Shown in pieces: positions 11,151 to 28,400 of a DNA stretch of 64,000 nt. Each line of letters opens with the position of its first letter. Within the stretch, counting starts at the first letter, position 1. Made by a program: the position numbers and the translations under genes. The stretch comes from Chlorokybus atmophyticus (Eukaryota > Plantae > Mesostigma and Chlorokybus algae), in assembly GCA_009103225.1 (NCBI GenBank), contig RHPI01000575.1, positions 350,258 through 414,257 of the forward strand, written 5' to 3'. The notes under the pieces are model-generated. The model made no database searches, had not been told where the DNA came from, and saw nothing but the letters and a program-made list of their open reading frames with translations.

Positions 11151-14100
11151 CTAGCTAGGTGCGTTTGGGGAGAGCGGCTGCAGGGGTTTACGCAAGGCCA
11201 CACCATTATTGTACCGCCCTGTGGACTTGTTGTCCGCATCCCCCTGTTTAGCACTCGCCGCGCGCACAGTAACGTCTCTGTTCTCAACCGCGCGCGATGT
11301 CGGTGCTCTTGGGATCTTTGAGGCAGGTTCGGATGCGGGCACAACCAACTCGGCACATGTTGTGTCTGCTACAGCGGAGCGGTCCTGGACCTGATGGAAC
11401 TCTGCGTACACTAGTTCTGGCGCAGGTGTACGCAGACTTGTGAGTACTGACACCTCCGGCACTGTGATGGTGCGCTTTGGTGGAGTTGCTCCCGTGGGTT
11501 GGTCCACCTGCAGTTGTAATGACAGTGAGATGTTGTCTGCGAGGTTTCTTCAAAATCTCAAAGCCATGGAATGGCTGCATTCGTATGGGCTGGGTATTCA
11601 TACCTTAACCTCTTCATCAAAGAAGGCCACAACAGCAGCCGACACTTGCTGCAAGTTCTTGTCATTATAATGAAACGCACTGGCCAGTCCCTCTGCGCTC
11701 AGCTTGGCATGTGCATCCAGCTCAGCAGCTTGCTCCTTGACACTTAACTCACACCCTGACAAGCAGTACGAGACTTCAGACACAGGACATGCGCGTCATG
11801 CAACAACTGTACATGCTTACAAATGACGTGTAACGCATGCCTACACGTCAGTACCTTGCACGGCCTTATCAATTGAACTGCCTTCTGCCGCCGCCGCCTC
11901 ACGCAGTTGCACAATTGCTTCTGCAGTGTGGCTTGCGTGTGTTGCGACGGACGCCTTGCATCCACTATGAGAGAACAGCGATCAGACAGTCACATGCCAG
12001 CATGCAAAGAAGCTGTCAATAACCGGAGTACAGGCATTGCTTACGTGATGGCTTGCTCTACGGCACCATTGTGCATCGACAACTGCTCTGCCACACTCTC
12101 CTTCAACTGCGTGTACTGCTGCCGGATGTGCTCGTGGCCTGTGTTGCTGCTCAGATACACATACATATACTGTAGTCAGTCGGTTGAGCTCATCCACCAC
12201 TTGTGCAAGCCGTTGTACCTTTGTGCAATGTTGGATTGCAAGTCAGCAGCGTTGGAGCTGATCGATGATGTCGCATCACTTGCAGTAGCCTCTTGTTTCT
12301 GGTTCCAGTGCTTTAGCCCTTCAACTAATGTCACGCATGTTGTCTTCATGTAACCAACGGCGGCACTGTCCTCATTGCCATTGGCCGTGATGAATGTTTG
12401 AATAGTCTCAATACCCTTGTTGAGCTGCGAGCAAACAAGCTCCTGACAACCCATACCGCGGATCTGACGGGACCCAGCATGCAATGCTGCTAGGGTTGGC
12501 TAAGAAGTGTCTGGCCTTACCGTGTCTGTCTCTGCAGTGTCCACCTCGTCTAACATGCTTGCAAAGTGTGCAAGCAGCTTCTCCCGTTTGACCCTCGCTC
12601 TCTCCTGCACAATGCCACGAGTGTAAACACACAGCCCATGCATCAAGTTCTTTTACTAACATCACAAGGCAATGCTGGCAGCTGCATCATAGTGTAGCCT
12701 GCTTGACGCTTGCCTGAGCTTCACGGGCAAAATCTGCGAGCTTTGCATCACCCGCTACAGAGTGAGTTTTGATATCATGTGCGCGTCCCTCAGCAGTCGT
12801 GGCGATGCGCGTCACCGCATCTGTCATGTCCGAAGCCATATGTTGCGAAGATGCCAACCACGCGCGTGTCACCTGCACAAGAGATGCATGCACGCCATCA
12901 TGCGTAGTGCTCTGCATGCGTGTTGCATGTCCTCAGGCAAAGCAGTTACCTCCTGTTGCTGCGTGACAAACGTTGTCAACTTCTGCTTGATCTGCTCCAA
13001 CTGGCTCCCCAGCTGAGTCAGTTGCCTTTCACCCGCAGACACGGCCTCCGCAATGGTCTGCCATGCCAAGCAAACAGTTGGCTCCGCATGGCTTGTGTTC
13101 AACAACAGTTGGTCGGTGTACCTACCTGGTCAAACCTCTCACTGTACTGCGAGTGGGAGGCATGCACGTCATCCAGTGCTTGACCAAGATCCATCGCGTG
13201 CTGCTTGGAGGTTGTGGAGATGCTGTCGGCGCCGCCACGCACCAACTCCCGCTGTCTTGCTGCCGCTTGCAGTGCGAGTTCCACATTCTGTGAGCAGCGT
13301 ATCTGGTTGACCTATCCTGCAACAAATGCAAAGCATGCATCTAACACATCGCCATGATGAGTCTTCTTGCCGCACCTTTGAACTCACGGAGACCAGACTG
13401 GCAATCTCCTGCTGCACTGCCGCGAGTTCTTGTCCCTGTCTAGTTGCAGCCACAGTCATGTCGGCTTTCCATGACTGGATGTGCTGCAGAAGGTCGTGCT
13501 GGAAGCGCTTGCCCGAAGCAAGGTTTGCCGTCTCCACAGCAGCCTTCCGGTCTATAATAAGTTGTTGCAATAACCAGTGAGCCGCTTGCATGCAAGTGTT
13601 GTGCTGACACGAGATGAACTCACCGATCTTCTGAAAAAGGCCAGACACGTCCGTCGCAGTGACATTCAGCTGGTTTCGTATATCACCAGCTGTTCCCACC
13701 AGTGCATCCTCTACGCAACAAATGCGCTCAGCGATGCACTGTTCACGGCCAGAGTCTCCTCCCATCACAAAAGGCGTACCTGAGTTCTCGTGCTTCTTGA
13801 TGAGGTATTCCCGCTCTGCAACTTGCACTTGGGTTTGTTGCAGATCCCTTGCGGTAGTTGCTAATCTAACCTCAGTTTGCTCCAGAACAGCCTGCAGCGC
13901 ATTGTTTGTGATGTCAAACGCAACCCAGATCATTCGAACCCACACCGAACGAAAGCACACTGCAATTTACCTCTGTGTCTGCATGCTTGGTGGAGAGCTC
14001 CTCATATTCCTGCTTGTGCGCTGAGAACAGCGCTTTGATCTTACTCAGCTCCTGCCAACCATAACCATTGTTGAATCGCAATACTACTGTGGCACAGAAC

Positions 14101-16713
14101 GCTTGTGCCAACAAGCGTTTGTGCACCTTCTCCTTGGCTTCGATCTCCAACTCGAGTTCTTCAATGCGTGCTTCCATTTCCTGCAGTTGCATGCAAGGGT
14201 AAGTTGCGAGCAAGCCGGCCAAGCTTGTTCACACAGACAACAGCTCACCTTCTTCACCAACTCATCCTGCTGAAAGCGGTCATATGGCAGATACACTCCA
14301 CTCTTCTCCCTTGCACTCAGAAGCTCTGCAATGACCCATCGACAGCCGCATAAGTGACGTTTAGACACCCGATATGCATGCAACCCATGTACGCTTCTCA
14401 CCTGACTTTAGCCGATCAATCTCTGACGTCAAGTCTTTCAAGTGGAAGCTCTTTGACACCTTCTGGTTCACCTGCAAGCAGATGGCATGTCATGGCCACG
14501 AGCTTCCACAGCTGCCTCATTCACTATGAATACCACTTACCTCCGGCTTGTTGCGAATGTTCTTTGCCCTGTGCGCGTAGTCCAACGTGCTGAGTGTTTC
14601 CTCTATGCAGTGCGCACTGGGTGACACGGTTGCTATTATGCATGTCTTCGTGCGCCCTCCGAGCGAATCACGCAGCATGCGTGTGAGCTTACTGTCTCTG
14701 AAAACATGAGGGCCAAGTGTGAACACGTTGATAACTCAACACAAACAAGCACATTTTGACAACAGCTCTAGTGGTGACATTGACACTATGCATCTTCGTA
14801 CCTGTATGGGACATGGCCGAGGTGTTCGACCAGAGCCGTGATGACGCGACCCAAAGTCAGAAGACTTTTATTGATCTCGCCAGCCTCGCGAGCCCGACCC
14901 TGTGCAAGAATGTGTGAGAGCAATCTATAGACAATTTGCTGCATGATTGACAGCAATGTGTAGACCACCAGTTCCGCTGTTAAGTCTATTCCAATGACTA
15001 ATGGTATATCATGTTGAAAGTTTGCAATGCACGAAGACATACCTCGCGTGCACCGGAACGGCTGATGTTTTCTGAGCCTGCTAAGTCTACAAGATTCAGC
15101 TTGCCAATTTTTATGAGCTCTTCGCCCTCTGGAGTCGACTCTTTCATGTGGATAGTTATTGTAAAGACAGAATGGGAGCGGCTGCAAACGCATCATAGTT
15201 TTATTGCTGAACCGCCGACACCAATTACAAGGACATGCGCACACGCATGCACTTAAAAAAGTCAGCAACCGACAAGCAAAAAAACACATACACACCTTGA
15301 CTGCTTGTTAAGAAGCGTCTCAGCTGTGCGCCGCTTGGCTGTGCCTCGCTCAAGAAAGGTGAAGATCTCATCTGCAGACTTCACAATTTCCTCCTCAAGG
15401 CCGCGAACCACCACGCCGCCTTTGCCGTCTTCCATCAGCGCGAGCGGCTTCTTCTCTTTCACGGCAAGGGTCACATCCTCAACAGCCAACAAATCCGTGA
15501 TCTCCTCGTTGTACAGCTCGAGAAAGGTGACCTTCACACTGTACTCAGTGCCAGCAGCTTCCAGCTGCTTGAACACTTGCTGAACTGATCGCGGGATCAC
15601 GCCAGCTTCACTAGACAACTGGTCCTGCGAGTGCTGTAACAATGCAAGTCATGGTGTTTTCGAGTATGGGTGCGCGTGCACGTGTGCATCAGTTTACACT
15701 TGCGCTTAAGCGTCGCATGTACACAATGCAAGTTATGGTGTATTCGTGCGTGGTTGCAGGTGCGCGTGTGCATCAGTTAACACTTGCGCTCAAGCATTGC
15801 ATGTACCATTGTGTGTGTGTGCGTGCATGCTGCATGTTGGGAAGTACCTTCCCTTTGCGCACGCCGCCCTCCATGGTGTATGTCTTGCCGGTTCCCGTTT
15901 GGCCGTAAGCAAATATGGTGCAGTTGAACCCTTCCAGAACTTCATCTACTATGGGTGCTACAGCCTGGTCAAAGAGATCTTTCTGCTGGGAGCATGGGCC
16001 AAACACCTGTAGCATCACAGTCAACAACCAGTCAACAACGAGACATATTCAGCAAGAAACACACAGCTTGTCATCTGCTTTACATCACCAGTACCTTGTC
16101 AAAAGTGAATGTACGTTCAAAACTCTTGCCGGCGATGTGCTGCACGACAACCACTTCCCGGCGAGCATCATCACATTTGATCACTTGCGGGACACGCTCC
16201 CTGATCTCTTCATCACTGCTGGGCCTGCACCGACAGTCAACGATCTTATTGAAACGAAAGCCTTGACAATGATTGACTGCACATTTCAATGTGCAAGCAG
16301 CTATTTTGGCAGCAAGCTGTTACTTAGCTGTGACTTGTGTCAGCTGGTAGGCAGCACAAACACAAAGACGTGCAGAAGCCTAAGTAAGCAAACGAGAAAG
16401 CAAGCTGCCCAGATGGTTACCCAAACACCAGTGTGTGGCCAAGGAGCATTTTCAATCAAAGGTTGCACGTACTACGTTAAAGCCGCTGAAGCAGATTGTC
16501 AAGATGTCACAGTTGTAGTGCTGTGCAGCTGATTGCATCCACAGCATACCAATGCGCAATGCAGCCTTCCAGTTTGCACCGAAGCAGCAAAAGCATAGTT
16601 CTACAACGAGATTCTGTTGTTGAGCTGCATTGTTCTCACCTGCACCGCAGCAAGACCTGCACATTGACCCCTTTGTCGCTGCCGCCGCCTGGGGTGCGGG
16701 CGCTCGCCGCCAT
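11151..16713 (-). CDS. Kinesin-5 (BimC/Eg5 family) motor protein, multi-exon
   Basis: Motor motifs: [38 protein letters not shown] (P-loop), [61 protein letters not shown]. These are followed by a coiled-coil stalk and a C-terminal [12 protein letters not shown]-site (BimC-box-like) tail. Confidence 0.95.
15641..15808. repeat. Two diverged tandem units of about 84 bp in a kinesin intron
   Basis: aatgcaagtYatggtgt...gtgtgcatcagtt.acacttgcgct.aagc is repeated at about 15641 and about 15725. Confidence 0.7.
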
Positions 16714-17134
16714 GCCGCCCACGACGACGGCGACGGACGCCCCTGATTCTACTTTGTCAGCGGCCAGACCTCAGCTCTGGCATCAAACGCCAACGCTCAC
16801 AACAACGCCCACACCACCGCCCCCACTGCCACCCCCGTCGCCGCCGCAGACCCTGCCGCCGCCCACAGCAAGAAAAATGCCGCCAAAATGAAGTCAGAAT
16901 TGAAATATTGAAAAGTTTGCTCGCAACGGCTGCAGAACAAACTGGATCGGGTTTTGAAGACAGCCCTTGTCGGGCTCGAAACCCTAACAGGGTTACTCAG
17001 TCCGGGTCGACTCTTCCCTAGTGTCCAGCCGTGCGCCACGTAGCATGAAACCCTAAGCAAACCCTAATGGGGACAGACTGCTGAGCCAGAAGGTGGTGGC
17101 GGCGGCGGCGGCTGCCGCCGCTGCGGTGGGTGAT
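16714..17134. promoter_or_regulatory. Putative bidirectional promoter (kinesin-5 / CSB) with three telo-boxes and an E2F-like site
   Basis: About 420 bp separate the divergent ATGs. AAACCCTAA occurs at about 16979, 17048 and 17059; GCCGCCAAAA (reverse complement TTTTGGCGGC) at 16879-16888; an AACGG MSA-like core at 16925. Confidence 0.55.
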
Positions 17135-20100
17135 ATGGAGGCGGATGCGTTGGCCGGGCTTGGTGTGACGGCTGTTGACGAGAAGGACGTGCAGGCTCAG
17201 GTCTTGGCGGACGCGGAGGGTGGCGATGGCCAGGGTGCGGTAGCTGTTGCCAGTGGTGTTGACGATGCCGCCGCAGCTGATCCTGCTGCTCTCCGACGCC
17301 GCCTGGCTGGCATCCAGAAGGAGGTGAACGCGCTGAAGGAGGTGCTGAAGGAGGCGTCGCACGAGGCTTCGCAGCAGGTTCAGAGAGCCCTCACCGAGCA
17401 GCGGTTGTTGGAGCTTAGGCGCTCTCGCAAGGAGGTGCGTGCTGCGCTTGCCGCCGGTGGCACTTCGGCGTTGAAGGAAGATGAAGGCCTTGACGCTGCC
17501 TTTGAGGACGCAATAACAGGTTCGTGCATGCACAGTCCAGACCCATTAACAGCCAACAGCTGGCGCTCCGTACCAACATGCAGCTTACATGGCAACAGCT
17601 TTGTTGTCGGCGATGACTGGTCATGGACGCAAGCTCACAATGTGTCTTGTCTGCACTCAACCCGATCAGTGTAGCCGCTCAGAGTTACTCGGCGAGACCT
17701 GTGCTGGCATGCAGCGCAGTGTAGCAGTTGACACGAGCATGCACTGCAAATGGCATGTTGATAACTGTCACTTGAGTTGGTAACCTGCATGTTCCGCTGG
17801 CCTGTGTTTCAACAGCGCCTCCTCTTCAGGGCTCATCGAGACCGAGAGGGATCGCTTGATTCGAGTTGGTGCGATCACTCCATTCGACAATCTTGATGGC
17901 TTTCAGCGACAGGTACCACTTAAGTAAATTTTGGTAGCTGTCAGCATGCACATTGCCGCCTTATCAATCGCCCGGTGATGCTTATCAAATAAACTTCCGA
18001 ATTGCATTGAGGACAGCAATTGCTGAGGGCTGTTTGGAGTGGTTTCAGTAGTTTCGAGGTAGTTGATGAGGACAATCGGGCAAAGCCCACTGGCCAGAGG
18101 TTGAACCTCAATGACAACAGCCAACACCAATGGATCCTGCTGATGCCTCAGTATGCATTTGTTGTGATCAATGATGATTTACATTTACCTACATTGCCTG
18201 ACTGGCAGTGATGATACCTTACGCCTGAGATCACCGCAGTAGTCATATGTTGTGCGTGGAGATGATGACAATTGTTGTCAGAGAGCATATGCTGCTGAAT
18301 CAAGACTACAATTCCCTGATCCATGCCGTTGCACGCTCGCTGTAGGAGTTTTGGCTGATGTGTAGTGTGGCGTTGAGTTTGCTCTGTCATTGCTGAGGAT
18401 TGTGCATCAGGTTCATCCGTCTGTGCGGGCAGCTGCGGAAAAAGCCGAGGCCATTGTTGCTGGGCGTGCGAGGACCAAACTGCTTGAAGGAGCCGCAGTT
18501 CCAAAACAGCCGCTGCCGGCACAGCCATTCCACCCAACGTTGTTACGCTCCACAGGCAAAGCTCCTCCGCGCAAGCGAATAGCGCCGCTGCCTCCCAGGC
18601 CAAAGCACAAGAGGAGGCGGGATGCGGATGATGACCCAGATGAGGCGTATTCTGGCGACAGTGATCGCAGTGCTGAAGATGATGATAAAGACGATTGGGC
18701 TTATGAGCGGCGACAACGCCGACAGCAAGCCAAAGGTGACCATGCTGGTATAACAGCACACAATCGTGTAGCTGCCACACTGCAACAGTACTTGTGAAAA
18801 CATAGAATGACTGGGCGAGTTGCTATAGCAGATGGTGAAGACCATGAAGCGTGTGAGGAAGTGGAGCTTGAAGGAGGTCTGCGCATTCCGAGTTGGGGTC
18901 GTCTACTAGATTATCAAAGGGTTGGTGTGAAGTGGTTGTGGGAGCTGCACTGCATGCGAGTTGGTGGGATTCTTGGGGACGAGCAAGGCTTGGGAAAAAC
19001 TGTACAGGTACTTATAAGGTAGAGTGAAGCCTGCACTGCTTTGCTGGCTGAGTCATGACATGTTGACTAGTTGTACCAAACGACAGTGTATTGTAGGTTT
19101 CTTCTTTCCTTGGAGCGTTGCACGCCTCAGGCTTCTATTCCCCAAGCTTAGTTGTTTGCCCAGCCACTCTGCTACGGCAGTGGCTGCGGGAGTTGCGCAG
19201 CTGGCACCCAGCCTTCCGGGTGGTTGTTCTGCATGGCCCTGCTTCAGAAGGCGAGCGCGACAAGCTTGTACAAACGGTTGCCACGGACCGCTCTGGAATC
19301 CTTCTGACTTCTTATGAAGCGGCTAGAGTACAGGTATGCTTCAGGGCTCAGTGCAAGTAGTCCACTTGTCCCAGCCGTGCTGCTTTAGTCGCTAACTGTT
19401 ACATGTGTGATTGTATCAGCGAGATCGCCTTCTGACGGTGCGCTGGGGTTATGCCGTATTGGATGAAGGCCACAAGATTCGCAACCCGGATGCGGAGACC
19501 ACACTTGTGTTGAAGCAGCTTCAGACGGTCCATAGACTGATCATGACAGGGTCACCAATACAGAATCGTCTGACGGAGCTTTGGTCTCTGGTTGATTTTG
19601 TCTTCCCTGGCAAACTCGGCACATTGCCAGTGTTTGAGGCACAGTTTGCTGTCCCGATTGCCATTGGAGGTTATGCTTCAGCAACAGCATTGCAGGTCAG
19701 TAACAACATACTTGAGAGCGCCGGCATCTGCATGTGCAAGCAGTGCAGTAACCTTGTCGTGTATAGGCTGCTGCACAGCTCATGTCACACTGTTGCAGGT
19801 GTCAACAGCTCATAAATGCGCTGTAGTCCTTCGAGATCTGATTGCACCTTATCTGTTACGGAGGCTCAAAGCTCATGTTGGCGCAAACGTGCTGCCAGCA
19901 AAATCAGAGCATGTGCTGCTTTGTGCATTGACACCCGAGCAGCGACAAACGTACCGAGCATTCCTTGCCTCTCCGGACTTTGAGGCTGTGTTAGATGGCA
20001 AGCGGGATGCGCTTGCTGCCATTTCAGTCTTGCGGAAGATATGCAATCATCCTGATCTTCTTGAGCGCACGACGTCAAGCAACCATCCGGATTATGGCAA

Positions 20101-21813
20101 TCCTTCAAGAGCAGCAAAGCTGCGCGCGCTGGCCGCTCTTCTTCCCGCTTGGCAGGCAGAGGGACATCGTGCATTGGTTTTTACGCAGGTGCCTGCAACA
20201 CTATTGCCTCCCAGACTCGCTGCAGCATAGCTGCAATTGGCATGTGATTGACTTGGGCATTGTGCAGACTGTCATGATGCTGGACATTCTGGAGATGCAT
20301 GTTGAGAAGGCTGGTCTTCAGTACAGGCGCATGGATGGCACGACTCCAGTCCAGCAACGCATGCGCCTCATCGATGAGTTCAACCAGGACGAGTCGATAT
20401 TCGTCTTTCTGCTGACAACACGTGTTGGGGGCTTGGGCACCAACTTGACCGGAGCCAATAGAGTTGTCATCTATGACCCAGACTGGAACCCTTCAACAGA
20501 TGTGCAGGTCCGGCTCAGACAACAAGCTGTTTTTCACTTCACAATCGTCATTGGTGATTGGGCTTACTCATGCACACAACATTGGCCACCTGGTTTAAGG
20601 CATGGCATTGCTTGTTTGCAATATGCAGGCAAGAGAACGAGCCTGGCGGATAGGACAGAAGCGTGCAGTCACTGTCTACCGTTTGGTCACGGCTGGCACC
20701 ATTGAGGAAAAGATCTATCATCGGCAGATTTACAAGCACTTCTTGTCAGATCGCATCCTTCGTGACCCACGCCAGAAGCGGTTATTCAAACACAAAGATC
20801 TTCGAGATCTGTTCACTCTTGCTGATGAAACGGGTGCAAACGAGTCATCTGACACAGCCAAGCTGTTTGAGGTTGATGCTACTGAAACCACTACTGGCCA
20901 AGAGAAGGCCGATGACGACAATGATGCGGGTGATGCGAAAGACGGTGACAGTCACATCTTGAAGGAGCTTTTTGACGGCAAAACTGGTGTGCAATCAGCA
21001 ATCAACCATGACGCAATACTCAAGGTAAGTTGGTATCCGGAAACCAGTTGTACGTATGTTTTACCAACATCAGTATCAGGATGCTAATTGCTCATGTCAA
21101 ACAGGCCAGTGGCAACGAGCGCGTTGTCATCGACTATGAGGCGTCCCGTGTCGCCCACCGTGCCGCCGAGTCTCTGCGCCAGTCCCGTGCCGCTCGGCTG
21201 CAGCAGGGCGTGAGCGCGTTGACGTGGACTGGCCACCATGGGTCTGCGGGCGCCCCGTTGGCACGCCCACGCGGCCGCTTTGGTAACACATCCAACATGC
21301 GGCTGCTCTCAGCCTCCTCGTTGCGCCCTGCAACACCCGCAGGAGGAGGAGTCGCATCCGCTTCAACCTCGCCTTTTGACCCCACCTCGGCCAAGGCACC
21401 GGGCGTGACGAGTTCGAATGCATTGCTGGCGAAAATACGAGAAAGGCAAGCACAAAATTCCGCTCCCGCAGCATCAGACACGCCACCTGAAGTTGACGAT
21501 GCACAGGTAAATACTGTGTGACTCAAGTATGTTGGCTCCTTTTTGTCTATCTGGCTGTGTTTAGGTCATTTCCCTGCCTTGTCATGATTGTTGGCTGTCC
21601 ATGCAGGAGTTGCTGGGACGAATCTGTATTTTCCTGAGACAGCACGGCGGCCAAGCCTCATCTTCTCAAGTGGCGGATGCTTTTCAGAAAGATGCTACGG
21701 CGCAGCAGGACATGGCGCTCTTCCGGCAGTTGCTTCGCCAGGCCGCGACGCTGCAGCGCAACAGCGACCGCGGGGAGTCGGCGTGGGTGCTGAAATCGGA
21801 GTTTCATGATTGA
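17135..21813 (+). CDS. CSB: Cockayne syndrome B / ERCC6 / Rad26-like SNF2 ATPase, multi-exon
   Basis: N-terminus [19 protein letters not shown] and [19 protein letters not shown]2 motifs: [110 protein letters not shown]-terminus [11 protein letters not shown]...WVLKSEF. Confidence 0.92.
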
Positions 21814-22440
21814 TTGCCATGATGAAACCTCGCGTGAGTGTGCACCTGAAGGCTGCGGCGGACTACTGGCGTCCAACAATGCGGTTGCACACGGTGATGA
21901 CGCTGGTGGTGGCTGAGTTCTGTCACGTGCGATGGTGAATTAAGCCCAGCGCCCAGTCAGCGTGAACTGCGTGGAGCCTTGCAAGGTAACTGCGCTTTGG
22001 GATTGTATTATCACTTTCAGAAATGATGGTGGTTCAACATGTGGCATGCAGACTGATCTTGCTTCCGTGTGTCAGCCTGCGTCAGGGGGCATACCCTGGA
22101 CAAAGTTTGCATGCCACCCGGCAGGCTCCTGCATTCAAGCCTAATTGTCAGCAGTTTGGCGCATGGCGGCATTCGCTAGAAAGGTGTGGCAACTTGTGCC
22201 AGCAGGTTCTCTTGCACATGCGCTTGTTATTGCCAAACTGCCTACAACAGTGTCAACCATTGCAGGACTAGTAGCGAGTGCCGACTTTGTGCAAGAAGTG
22301 AGCGATGGAGTATGTAGAGCGTTATGTGATGCTTGGCTCCATAACGCACAAGGGGCTTTTTGTAGCTCTATCTGTGAGAATGCAGTTACATACCCGACTG
22401 CCATTGAATAGCTGGGTTGCAGTTAACCTTCAACCGCAAC

Positions 22441-22484
22441 GTTGATTGGCACATTTCCAAATGTTGATTGGCACATTTCCAAAT
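22441..22484. repeat. Exact 22-bp tandem duplication
   Basis: gttgattggcacatttccaaat, twice. Confidence 0.85.
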
Positions 22485-22809
22485 GCAAGGTAATTGTACC
22501 AGCCACAACAGGATTGTTTGTATATATATATGCGTGTCTCGCATTGTCATTAACAATTTGTCAAGGCACCAAGGCCACTAGCAATTGTCGGAGATATGCT
22601 GCTGTTGCAATATTACGTCCTTGTGCAATGGTGTGTATAATAGATAGAATGCAAGGATTGTGGCATGCATGAGAGTGTGACACAATCTGACCTGTACTGA
22701 TCTCTAGCCCTCCATCAGTTGCAAGTTTTGTTTCATGTACAGCGATCAATTTTTGCACACGCAGAGCCAATTAAGCTGCATAGTGCATCAACTGCAAAAG
22801 GTCACCATG

Positions 22810-25207
<2,398 letters not shown>

Positions 25208-25439
25208 CTCTCTCTCTCTGCCGCCTGGCCCAGGCTCCCCAACTTGTGCATGGATCCATGCAGAATGCATGTGGTGTGTGTGTGTGTGTGTGTATGTGCG
25301 CACACCCCAAACAAAAGGTGTGTCACCAAATCGGTATTCAATCTAATACATCCCAATCCCAACTGTACGAGACTGACGTTGGGTTCTGAACTTGCTTCTG
25401 TTGCCGAAGACTTTTGTGCCAGCACTCTGCCAGCTGGCA

Positions 25440-28400
25440 ATGGCGGCGGCGGTGGCGGCGGCGGTGGGGTCGTCGTGGCAGGCGGCGCCGGTGTCGCTCA
25501 GCAGTAAGGCGCGAAGGTTTGGGCTCAGCCGTATGCAGCGCCGCAGGGGGGTTCAAGCTATGGCGTCGGCCAAGTCTGGGTCGCACTCGGGCGGAGTGGC
25601 GGAGGCGCCGGCTGGAAGCAATGTGAGTGTATGCTTAATGCTTTGGTGGTTGGTTGAAACCCTAATGCATGCATGTACTGAACGGATATTACAGTTGTTC
25701 GAGCAAAATGCAGTACGTGGCCTGCGCTGTGTACTTGGCGTGTGTGGTGACAGTGACATCATCATGCGTTGGGCTTGGAAGATTTCTAGAAGACAGTCCC
25801 GGTAGTGTTACGCGCATTCAAACTGCATGTGTAGTTTTGCTTTTAATCTGCGTTACAAATGTCACTCACGTTGCCTTCTACAAGCGTGTAGCGTTCAGCA
25901 ATGGTTTGCGCACAGCGACTGCATGCCAACCCCACCTGAAAATAGTCAGACGCTACAACTCAAACGGTCTACTATGTATGTACAAAATCGTACAACACGC
26001 ATACATGTACACTTGATAAACAATCGTATACGCTGGTGCTCTTGCGTGCACATGTGCGCGGCAAGTGAGTCGCGCGCACACAGACATGCACCTGTACATG
26101 TCCGTACTTGCACATGCAGTCAAGCATAAAATACTGGCGAATGCATTGTTCACCGTTCACGAATATGCTCACACACTGCACTCTAGATACCAACCCACAC
26201 TCACGTGCATGTGGTTGCAGTCCCAGACCGAGCACTGGTTACCAACAAACAGCTTGTGGTCCGACCCTTCGCAACTTCCTCCCCGTTTGCGGTCGGACAC
26301 GCCTGGTACATGGGCCCACGACACCATGAGCAGGAGGGTCAGGACGGACATACTCGCGCGCGTGTTCACCGAGAACGCCGACAGACTCAAGGAGGTGGGT
26401 GATAGCAATGTGCGCATGCGTGCGTGGTTGTTGTTGGAAAACTGTTGTGGGTAATGCTCCAACAACAACAACAACCTTGTTGTGGGATATGTGCGTGCGT
26501 TGGCTCGTTTGGACGTGTGCGTGTTTTACGGTGTTGCAACAACAACGACATCTTCCTTGTTGATATGCGCGCGCGCTTGCATGCGTGCGTGCGTTGTGTT
26601 GCGGTTACAACAGCTACTCTCCTCCTTTAGGATGTGCAAGCGGCAGTGGATTTGCGGCACCTCGACTCCGAGTTGGAGAACGCTGCGACGGTGAAGCTGG
26701 GAGAGCACTTCCTGCAGGACGACGGCGGCCCCGACCTCAACGCATGGCGAGTGTGTGGCTTGCTCGTGGTTCGCGTTCTGGTGTTGGTTTACGGTCCAGA
26801 GTTGTGTGCTTGTTGTATGATGCAAGTTGCAACCAGATGCAATGTTGATATACTATAGGTGACGTAGGTGTCAGTATGAGTGTACACACACGCACGCACG
26901 CATGTGTGTGTATAGGTGCGTGCATGTGTGCTTGTACGTTGGTATGCCATCGTACAAAGACACAAAGATGTGTGCGTGCCTGCGTGTGCGTGTGTGCGCG
27001 CATGTGCACACATGTGCATTGGTATGTGTAAAACTTCAAGCTTGCGCGCGCGCAAGCATACGTGCGCGTGCGTGTGTGTGGATATGGCAGGCTTGTCTTA
27101 CTTGTTGTACTCAACAACATATATCGTACAGGAAGGCTTACATCACCCCGTTTGAAGACGACACATGGCTGACGGCTCCATGGCTCGTCACGGAGTTCTA
27201 CTTTTACCGCAAAATCATGTCCGCATTCAGGTACACATATACATTATGCTATCAGAAATGCAATCCCATGAATGCAAGCACACGTCTGCACTTGTGTATG
27301 GGTATGCAACAAACACAACCCTTGTGCAGGTGGTTTGAGAAGGGCATCGACCCCTTCACGCAGCAGAAAGAAAGGGGCGTCATAAGCTCTTTGGAGCCAA
27401 TGGCTGCCCTCGCCGCCCGTATGAAAGTGAGTGCAAATTATAGCACAACATGAGTATGTGGGTTTGTTACATTACTGTCTTACAGTAGTTCTCATCTCTT
27501 TGTTGACCTGGTCCCAGGACCTGCTCACTTCGCTAGGAGGCGAGTCCCAGGACCACCTCGCAGCTCAGGAGGCAGGCTTTCGCCTGCTTCTGTACACTTC
27601 TCTGTGGGGCAACAGGATGGACCTGAGCCTGTGGCCAGTCCTGGGTGATGAAAAGAAAGATGTCAAGGATAAGGATGGGCATTCTGGGAGACGTGAGGCG
27701 GATGCTGTCAGTGATGCCATACGTGCTGGAAGCGAGGACCTGCTGTGGGATGACAGCGACCGGGTTTGGGATGCTCTCATTAAGCTGCAGAAGACCTCGG
27801 GGCCGAAGCGTGTGGACATCATTGTTGATAATGCCGGCTTCGAGCTCTTTACAGGTGAGATGTTGGAGGCGAAGCTCTCTTGAAGTTGTGAGTGCGCACA
27901 TGTGCAACAAGAGAACCAACTTGACCTGCCCATGCATACATGTTCACACGCTCCCACGCATGCGCTCGCGCGCACACACACATACACGTATGTGCGTGTA
28001 CACGCATGCACACGTAGCCACACACATGCACACGCACACACATGTCCACATTCAGATCTCTGTCTCGCGGACTTCATTGTTGAGTCCGGTCTGGCGGACT
28101 GCGTGGCGCTGCGGCTGAAAGCGCACCCCACCTTTGTCAGTGACGCGATGCCGAAAGACGTGGAGTGGATGACGGACGCGCTCGCGCAGGCAGAGGACAA
28201 GGACCTCAGCGCCCTCGCTGAAAGGTGTGACATGAAGTGGTCATGCGTTGCAAGGTTTTGTGCTCATAGCTTGCGTCTCATGTGTCTCATTGTATATTGC
28301 CGTTGCCGTGATAGAGTAATGTATGTGGGTATATGTATTGCAGCTGTTTACTTATGATGGCCTATCAGACTGCCTACAATATATGCACATGCTCTCTTTT

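Noticed and set aside
18960-19010. DEQGLGKT instead of DEMGLGKT in CSB motif I
   Set aside because: The GKT core is intact and Gln occurs at this position in other SNF2 subfamilies, so it is unlikely to be meaningful.
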